Source: the human T2T-CHM13v2.0 reference genome, Homo sapiens
DNA length: 64,000 nt
Assembly: GCF_009914755.1 (NCBI RefSeq)
Contig: NC_060932.1
Reading direction: 5' to 3' (one strand)
Positions within the stretch are counted from its first letter, which is position 1. Each line of letters opens with the position of its first letter. A program made the position numbers and the translations under genes. Shown one piece after another: positions 55,325 to 64,000 of this stretch. The notes beneath the pieces are model-generated. The model saw only the letters and a program-made list of their open reading frames with translations, was not told the DNA's origin and searched no databases.

Positions 55325-56680
55325 GTTCTAAGATAACCGTCATCTCCTTTGCAAATGAGAATTTAAAATGACACTGCTCACTGCAGTGTAGTCATAGTGT
55401 GAATAGCTCCCACTTCTTGACTTCCTGTTCTGCGCTGGGCACTCAAGATAATTCTCACTCTGTGCGTTTCTTGCTTTATTGACAACATCACAACTTTTCT
55501 CAAAATGTTGGGAAGAATATGAAGTTCCTGAGAGGACATTGAAATGGAGGCCAACAGGAGGCCCTGGGTGTGTCATTTTTAACCATTTTTCATAAATCCA
55601 AAAAAGGGGTCACGTTTATTATGGCTATTGCCTTACGCAAGGAGAGTTGTAGGCAGGGGCTACTCCTACTCTGTGTTCTTCTTCAAGGTTGGATGGGGGC
55701 ATAGGGTTACCCACTTTGTCTCTTGCAAGTTGATATCTCTGTGTGTCAACTTGCCATTAGCTATTCTGTTGACACCCCCGTACAGCCCCAGCTGCCTGTG
55801 AACCCTATCCCACAAGCAGAGATAATGAGACAGTGCTACGTATATAACCTGGTCTGATTAGAGTCTCAGATCTTTGCACCTCAACAGCTGTGTGTTGTCA
55901 CCAATGAAAATTTTTAACTCGTCTGCCAATTCCCTGGTTGCCCAAATAAGTGGCTGAAAGAGTGGCTGCTGTTCCATCGTTTATTAGAACAGAATTTAGG
56001 TTCTGATAAACCCTAATGCTGAAAATTAGCTCCGAGGAAACTGCGACTGTGGTTCTTGGTCTCTGGCTGATAGGAAGAAGTTAGAATGTATTCAGGTGGG
56101 GTTTTTTTATCCTGTAGCCAGTTCAGCACTCAAATTACTTCTGAGCTATTTTTAAAAACGTAATAGGACCAATACTTAGGAGAGCCAGATGCAGTGTGAG
56201 GAGGATCAGAAAGCATCTATTACGGGCTCGACATTCGCTCTCCCACAAAGCCTCGGATGATATTGGAAAAGCTCTTCCTGGTCTTCCCGGCGGCTTAACC
56301 ACGTCGCTGGAATCCTCGGGGTGCTCGCAAAACTTGCCATGGATGGAGAAGCCGTTTTAGCTCGTGAAGTCATGTTGGAATTAGCCTTTTGACATCAGCA
56401 AAGTCACAGGCGTCACTGGCTTTTCAGTTACATTGAGATGTCGCCCCGGGACTATAGGGGTGCAATCTACCCTTTCAAAATGTTGGAGCCTGAGCCTTCT
56501 TTTTGAGGTCTCCAAAGAAAGAGGCTTCGCATTTTTGGTAGCATGTTCAAGTGTCTCACACCTGTTTCAGACAAAGACAGTTATTTTTCAAGTGCATTCT
56601 AGAATTTTTCTTCTTGTTCTGATATTGTGGAGCGTGAAACCTCTTTTCATCTCCACTTTCCTCTGATTCCTCATGCAGGA
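55325..56680 (-). mobile_element. Ancient CR1/L3-type LINE RT remnant
   Basis: Reverse strand shows ordered, frameshifted RT motifs: QHDFT (QHGF), NWLQDKK (NWLxDR), KIFIGDNTQL (KFADDTKL), CDVVNKA (CDAAAKKA). Confidence 0.6.
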
Positions 56681-57079
56681 TTCTTGGAGGTTGTCATTGG
56701 TTCCACTCCCTTGGCTTTTTCCTTTTCAGACTAAAATGAGCAACAGACTGAGAAGAATACACTGTGTTCCCAGCTGGGGAGCAGAAAGAAAGAGGAGGAG
56801 GCCACTGAGGGAGGATGGAAGATGCAGCCCCTGGCCTCGTTGGAACGTGCCATCCAGTGAATAATTTCTTCCATTTTTCCTCCAGCAGGAAAAGGTGTCT
56901 TTTTTCTCCCCCAAGCTGTTGCTCATTTTGGCCATGTCCTTCCCAAACCTTTCCAAGTTCTCTCAATTCTTCATTTCCAAAGCTCAGTTTGAATCTAGCA
57001 CAGAAAAACAATAATCTTATTTTAAAAGATGTTTAAATTCAAAAACTATAACATCTTGCTTATGTTATTTTAAAATTAC

Positions 57080-57260
57080 AGTGGGAAACAAGAGCATTGG
57101 TGGCAGGGCTAGATTCTGGCTGTGTCACCACCCGGCTCTGGGACTTCTGCCGACAACCCTAATTTGTCTCAGCCTCAGTTGCTGGTAAAATGTGGATAGC
57201 AACAGCCGATTACGGGCTTGGTAGGAGCATTAGAGGCTAAGTGTGGGAGGCTCCTTGCAC
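57080..57260 (+). mobile_element. MIR
   Basis: ctcagcctcagttgctggtaaaatgtggatagcaac. Confidence 0.6.
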
Positions 57261-57601
57261 TTACTGATTTCTTTTTTTAAAATAGAAAATTATAAAATCT
57301 GAATCCTATTGTCTTTTTATGAATTAAAATGCACAGGCCCATGGTTTTCATGAACAGCAGTAGTGTACTCAGTGCTGCGACTGTTAATTTCTCAGCCCTT
57401 CCTAGGCAGGGCTGAGTCTGTCCTTCCAGCTCCCACAGCCCCTGGCTCATGCCTGTTCCCCAGGAGGGGCCATGTTGTAGCCGAGTGTTGATAAACCTGC
57501 CTCTTCCATGCATAGTGAGGCTCTCCAAGCAATGTCGAGCCGTCCACTCATCTGCGCACTTGTGTGCTGGCCTTGCCGCTTATGAAGTGCATTCATATGG
57601 C

Positions 57602-57804
57602 TGTAGAGAGTGGTATGATAAGATAACGGAGACAGAGAAGGGTGAGGGGATGAAGGGGGCAGAATGATGAGAAATTGATTAGTGGGTACAATGTACATTA
57701 TTCTGGTGATAGATACCCCAAAAGCCCTGTCTTGATCACTACAAAATCTATGCACGCAACAAAATTGCCCTTGTACCCCATACATTTGTACAAATTAAAA
57801 AATA
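57602..57804 (+). mobile_element. L1PB4 3' UTR, heavily 5'-truncated, inserted in a MIR
   Basis: gatgagaaattgattagtgggtacaatgtacattattctggtgat...ttgtacccca; A tail. Confidence 0.85.
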
Positions 57805-57819
57805 AAGCATGTTCACAGG

Positions 57820-57960
57820 CACTGTGACATTATTATTTCAGTCTTACAGCAATGCCATGAGCTAGTTCCTTAGGCCCATTTTACAGATGATAGAATGAGC
57901 TCAGAAAAACCAAGCCATTGTTCCATGGTCAAAAAGCCCATGAACTAAGTCACTTGAATG
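57820..57960 (-). mobile_element. MIR
   Basis: cccattttacagatgatag. Confidence 0.75.
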
Positions 57961-58128
57961 TGAATCTCAGCTTTTTTTTTTTTTTTCTTAAGGTGAATTT
58001 TGTGTTTCTGTCACCTCTCAGCCCCACAGTCCTAGGGTTCTCTGTTTCCTACATCTGGCACTATCTCTTTTACACACACAAACTCAACACCCTCCTCTGT
58101 AGCCAGGAACTTAAATCATCCCCAGGTA

Positions 58129-58303
58129 GGACTGAGATGGCACGAGGGAAGACCACGTGAGGATAGAGTGAAGCGGCGGCTGTCTGCAAGTCAAGGAGAG
58201 AGGCCTCAGAAGAAACTAACTCTACTGACACCTTGATCTTGAACTTCCAGGCACCGGAACTATGAGAAAATAAATTTCTGTAGTTTTAGCCTCAAAAAAA
58301 CCG
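58129..58303 (+). mobile_element. MLT1B fragment ending in poly-A, with a 13-bp TSD
   Basis: gaagaccacgtgaggat...caagtcaaggagagaggcctcagaagaaac...aataaatttctg; A7; TSD tcatc(c/t)ccaggta. Confidence 0.85.
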
Positions 58304-59479
58304 TCATCTCCAGGTAACCTGGAAGCTCCAGTAATCCCCAGGTTTGTGAATTCTTGGAGTGCCATTCACATTGCTGCCAGCTCTGATGGAAGGAATCAGG
58401 GTACAAGACCATGACCTGCCCACAGAGTGCCAGGTTGGCCCTGGGAACCTGGCCAGCCTCTCTTCTTGGCTAACTCTGGGCACCAGAACCTTGTCTGAAA
58501 TAATTCTGTGGTAGCTATAGAAACATCTTGAGTGGTCTTATACTCCCAAACATTATATAGATGAGAAAAGTATAGCTAAGAATGGCTGAAGCCACTCAGT
58601 GGAGCAGACTCTTGGTCCATGGCCCTGAATAAATCCTTGTGGTGGCTCCTGACATGACATCACACTTCCTCTTCCCCAAGACTCTTAGCAAGTGCACATA
58701 ACAAGCTGGTCTTCATGCTCACCTGGACCACAGCTTTTTTGTACACTCACCTCTTCTCCGCTGTGCGTCTGTGTTGTCCTCCTTATCTATCCTGGGTCAT
58801 ACCTGGGTGCTTTTCCCAAGCCTTTGCTGATGGACAGACTTGCTCAAGGTTCTGTGTGAGCAGAAGCTTCCTGCCTGAGTTCTTAGAGAAGCATGGTTGG
58901 CATCCCTGTGCTAAGAAATTCTTTCTGCTTACCGGTCTCTCAGAGGGAAACAGCTCTTTCTGTTGACTCTTGACCCTATAGTTTTACATTTTGGTTGACA
59001 CTGGAAGCTTGTGTTCTCTGACCAGCTGTGCTTGTGCTATAGGGAGAGGACAGATGCTCTGTGTCCCACTCCTTTAGGACAAAATATTGGTTCCAAGATA
59101 AATTGATTCCCGGGTGCTCGCAAGCAAGGACACCACAACACTGTCTCTATCAGTGTTCTTTCTGCTGATAGAAGACTGGACTTTCACTGTTTTCCGACTT
59201 TGTCTCCAGTGATGCACGGGCTCACTGTGTGTCCAGGAAACAGTTTCTTGCCGGCATCTTCACCTGAAGTAGAGGAGGAACAGGATGCCCCCAGAGTCCT
59301 CAAGGGTGGGCCTGTGTCCACTGGGGGCAGGGTGTTCCTTTCCATCTGCCGATCTTTGGGCAGCCTAAGGACACCAGGGTGGGGGCAGGAGGAAGAGGAA
59401 CCATGGAGGCAACATAGGCCACATCTGTACTGAGGCTCAGACAGTTTCCCCTTTGGCTTTGTCTTTCTGTGTCTGTTGA

Positions 59480-60100
59480 AGATAACACTTATTAAGGTAG
59501 AATCAACTATAATAATCTGCACCTATGTAAAGTGTACACGTTGGTAAGTTTGGGCTTATGTAAACACCCATGAAACCATCACCATAATCAAGATCGGGAA
59601 TATATTCTTCACCCTCAAAAGTTTCCCCAAGCCCATTATAGATCAGTTTGCAGTTTCTAGAATTTTATATAAATAGAATCATATAGTATCTAGTGTTTAA
59701 AAAATTGATATGTAATTTACATACAATAAAATTCACTTGTTTTAAATATATATATTTGTAAGGACTCTCCAGAGAAACATAATGAATTGTGTGTTTGTGT
59801 GTGTGGGGGGAGAGAGAGAGAGAGAGGGAAGAAAATATTCAGTTTTGTAAAGGAATTAGCTCACAAAATTGTGGGGTCTGAAATTTGTAGGGCAGGCCAG
59901 CAGGCTGAAAACTCAGGCAGGAGGAGATGTTACAGTCTTGAGATAGAATTTCTTTTCTCGGAGACCTCAGATTTTGCTCCGAAGACCTTTAACTGATTGG
60001 GTGAGGCCCACCCAGATTATTAAGGGTAATCTTTTTATTTAAAATTGTGCCACCATCATCGCAATCTAATTTTAGAACAGTCCCATCACCCTGAAGCCTT
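59480..60100 (-). mobile_element. L1MC/ME 3' fragments
   Basis: cacccatgaaaccatcaccataatcaagat; catacaataaaattcac; atctaattttagaaca. Confidence 0.65.
59752..60043 (-). mobile_element. MLT2C/D LTR fragment (ERVL)
   Basis: ctctccagagaaaca...aggaattagctcac...actgattgggtgaggcccaccca. Confidence 0.8.
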
Positions 60101-60212
60101 AAACACTTTTTCCTTTGGATTTATCTTTCTGTGTTTCTTTTTTACCATTAAGGTCATCAGTACAAAAGGAACTAGACACCTCTAGTCTAATTCTTCAGCT
60201 CTTCTAATCTCA

Positions 60213-63200
60213 TTTTTTTCCTTTATTTCCTCTAACAAAATGGGATACATGTGCAGAATGTGCAGGTTTGTTATATAGGTATACATGTGCCATGGTGGTT
60301 TGCTGTACCTATTGACCCATACTCTAAGTTCCCTCCCCTCGCCCCCATCCCCCAACAGGCCCAGGTGTGTGTTGCTCCCTTCTCTGCGTCCATGTAGTCT
60401 CAATGTTCAATTCCCACTTATGAGTGAGAACATGTGGTGTTTCGTTTTCTGTTCTTGTGTTAGTTTACTGAGGATGATGGCTTCCAGCTTCATCCATGTC
60501 CCTGCAAAGGACATGATCTCATTTTTAATGGCTGCATAGTATTCCATGGTGTATATGTACCACATTTTCTTTATCCAGTCTATCATTGATGGGCATTTGT
60601 GTTGGTTCCATGTCTTTGCTATTGTAAATAATGCCGCAATAAACATACATGTGCATGTGTCTTTATGGTAGAATGATTTATATTCCTTTGGGTATATACC
60701 CAGTAATGGGATTGCTGGATCAAATGGTATTTCTGGTTCTAGATCCTTGAGGAATCACCATACTGTCTTCCACAATGGTTGAAATAGTTTACATTCCCAC
60801 CACCAGTGTAAAGCGTTCCTATTTCTCCACAGCCTCACCAGCATCTATTGATTCATGACTTTTTAATAATCACCATTCTTACTGGCATGAGATGGTATCT
60901 CATGGTGGTTTTGATTTGCATTTCTCTGGTCAGTGATGTTGAGCTTTTTTTCATATATTTGTTGGCTGTGTAAATGTCTTCTTTTTAGTAGTATTCCTAT
61001 CCTTTGACAACTTTTTGATGGAATTGTTTTTTTTCTTGTAAATATGTTTAAGTCCCTTATAAATTCTGGATATTAGACCTTTGTCAGATGGGTAGATTGC
61101 AAAAATTTTCTCCCATTCTGTAGGTTGCCTGTTCACTCTGATGATAGTTCCTTTTAAGCAGTGCAGAAGCTCTTTTGTTTAATTAGATCCCATCTGTCAA
61201 TTTTGGCTTTTGTTGCAGTTGCTTTTGGTGTTTTTGTCATGAAGTTTTTGCCCATGCCTATGTCCTGAATGGTATTGCCTATGTTTTCTTCAAGGGTTTT
61301 TATGGCTTTGGATTTTATAGTTAAGTCTTTAATCCATCTTGAGTTAATTTTTGTATAAGGTGTAAGGAAAGGGGTCCAGTCTCAGTTTTCTGCATATGGC
61401 TAGCCAGTTTTCCCAGCACCATTTACTGAATAGGAAATCCTTTCCCCATTGCTTGTTTTTGTCAGGTTTGTCAAAGATCAGATGGTTGTAGATATGTGGC
61501 CTTATTTCTGAGGTCTCCGTTCTGCTCCACTGGCCTATATGTCTGTTTTAGTACCAGTACCATGCTGTTTTGGTTACTGTAGCCTTGTAGTATAGTTTGA
61601 AGTCAGGTGGCATGATGCCTCCAGCTTTGTTCTTTTTGCTTAGGATTGTCTTGGCTACACAGGGCCTTCTTTGATTCCATTTGAAATTTAAAATAGTTTT
61701 TTATTCTAATTCTGTGAAGAATTAGAATAGTTTGTTTGATGGGAATAGCATTGAATCTATAAAACACTTTGGGCAGTATGGTCGTTTTCATGATATTGAT
61801 TCTTCCTATCCATGAGGATGGAATGTTTTTCCATTTGTTTGTGTCCTCTCTTATTTCCTTGAGCAGTGGTTTGTAGTTCTCCTTGAAGGGGTCCTTCACA
61901 TCCCTTGTTAGCTGTATTCCTAAGTATTTTATTCTCTTTGTAGCAATTATGAATGGGAGTTCATTCATGATTTGGCTCTCTGCTTGCTTATTGTTGATAT
62001 AAAGGAATGCTTGTGATTTTTGCACATTGATTTTGTATCCTGAGACTTTGCTGAAGTTGCTTATCAGTTTAAGGAGTTTTTGGGTTGAGATGATGGGGTT
62101 TTCTAAATATAAAATCATGTCATTTGCAATCAGAGACAACTTGACTTCCTGTCTTCCTATTTGAATACACTTTATTTCTTTCTCTTGCCTGATTGCCCTG
62201 GCCAGAACTTCCAATACTGTGTTGAATAGGAGTGGTGAGAGAGGGCATCTTTGTCTTGTACTGGTTTTCAAAGGGAATGCTTCCAGCTCTTGCCCATTCA
62301 ATATGATATTGGCTGTGGTTTTGTCATAAAAAGCTCTTATTATTTTGAGATATGTTCCATCAATACCTAGTTTATTGAGAGTTTTTAACATGAAGGGATG
62401 TTGAATTTTTGTCAAAGGCCTTTTCTGCCTCTATTGAGATAATCATGTGGTTTTTGTCTTTGGTTCTGTTTATGTGATGGATTATGTTTATTGATTTGCA
62501 TATGTTGAACCAGCCTTGCATCCCAGGGATGCAGCCGAATTGATCTTGCTGGGTAAGTTTTTTGATGTGCTGCTGGATTCGATTTGCCAGTATTTTATTG
62601 AGGATTTTCGCATTGATGTTCATCAGAGATACTGGCCTGAAGTTTTCTTTTTTTGTTGTGTCTCTTCCCAGTTTGGGTATCAGGATGATTCTGGCTGCAT
62701 GAAATGAGTTAGGGAGGAGTCCTTCCTTTTCAATTGTTTGGAATAGTTTCAGAAAGAATGGTACCAGCCCCTCTTTGTATTTCTGGTAGAATTCAGCTGT
62801 GAATCTGTCTGGTCCTGGGCTTTTTTTGGTTGGTAGGCTATTAATTATTTTGTCAATTTCAGAACTTGTTATTGGTCTATTTAGGGATTCAACTTCTTCC
62901 TGGTGTAGTCTTGGTAGGGTGTATGCATCCAGAAATTTATTCATTTCTTCTAGATTTTCCACTTTATTTGCATAGAGGTGTTTATAGTATTCTCTGATGG
63001 TAGTTTGTATTTTTGTCAGTGGTGATAATCCCCCTTATTATTGTTTATTGTGTCGCGTCTATTTGATTTTCTCTCCTTCTTCTTTATTAGTCTAGCTAGC
63101 AGTCTACCTATTTTGCTAATTTTTTAAGCTCCTGGATTTGTAGATTTTTTGGAGTGTTTTTAATGTCTCCATCGCCTTCAATTTTTCTCTGATCTTAGTT

Positions 63201-64000
63201 ATTTCTTGTCTTCTAGCTTTTGGATTAGTTTGCTCTTGTCTCTCTAGCTCTTTTAATTGTGATGTTAGAGTGTTGATTTGAGATCTTTCTAGCTTTCCGC
63301 TGTGGAAATTTAGTGCCGTAAATTTCCCTCTTAACACTACTTTAGCTGTGTCCCAGAGATTCTGGTACATTGTCTCTTCGTTCTCATTGGTTTCAAAGAA
63401 CTTCTTGATTTAAGCCTTAATTTCATTCTTTACCCAGGAGTCATTCAGGAGCAGGTTGTTCAATTTCCATGAAGTTGTGTGCTTTTGAGTGAGTTTCTTA
63501 ATCCTGAGTTCTAATTTGATTGCACTATGGTCTAAGAGACTGTTTGTTATGATTTCAGTACTTTTTCATTTGTTGAGGAGTGTATTACTTCCAATTATGC
63601 GGTTGATTTTATAATAAGTGCCATGTGGCACTGAGAAGAATGTATATTCTGTTGATTTGGGGTAGAGAGTTCTGTAGATGTCTATTAGGTCTGCCTTGGT
63701 CCAGAGCTGAGTTCAAGTCCTGAATATCCTTGTTAATTTTCTGTCTCATTGATCTGTCTAATATTGACAGTGAGGTGTTAAAGTCTCCCACTATTATTGT
63801 GTGGGAGTCTAAGTCTCTTTGTAGGTCTCTAAGAACTTTCTTTACAAATCTGGGCACTCCTGTATTAGGTGCATATATATTTATAATAGCTCTTCTTGTT
63901 GAATTGTTCCCTTTACCATTATGTAATGCCCTTTTTTCTAGTTTGTAGTCTGTTTTGTTAGAGACTAGGATGCAACCCCTGCTTTTTTTTTGCTCTCCAT
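60213..64000 (-). mobile_element. L1PA8-like LINE-1 (3'UTR and most of ORF2), continues past the window edge
   Basis: L1PA8-type 3'UTR (ctattgacccatactctaagttccctcccc); ORF2 fragments in the ORF track. Confidence 0.93.
60407..63857 (-). pseudogene. Frameshifted L1 ORF2p remnants (270 aa and 196 aa RT pieces)
   Basis: [27 protein letters not shown]; catalytic FADD mutated to IAND. Confidence 0.92.

Overview
Primate (very likely human or great ape) genomic DNA, about 38-40% GC and CpG-depleted. It looks intergenic or deep-intronic and is dominated by interspersed repeats. I can support no intact protein-coding gene, RNA gene or CRISPR array. The ORFs I can recognise are decayed L1 ORF2 pieces or Alu read-throughs; the rest look like chance ORFs. 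Main content: a full-length L1PB1-type LINE-1 (3779-10197) with both target-site duplications (TSDs), a young 5'-truncated L1PA2, an L1PA8-like element running off the right edge, several older L1M, L2, CR1 and MIR remnants, 11 Alus, MaLR/ERVL solo LTRs (three THE1, several MLT1, an MLT2, an LTR33-like copy) and hAT/mariner DNA transposon fossils. The most notable observations are fossil records of sequence capture. (i) About 460 bp of foreign DNA carrying a much older LTR sits in the linker of an AluS with its own TSD. (ii) The L1PB1 carries a short 3' transduction. (iii) An MLT1B fragment appears to have been retroposed as a polyadenylated RNA. (iv) Two short local templated duplications occur. 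(v) An ancient CR1 reverse-transcriptase remnant contains a CpG-rich core. I did not find a convincing new gene system. Subfamily names come from recalled consensus sequences, and boundaries of old elements are approximate.
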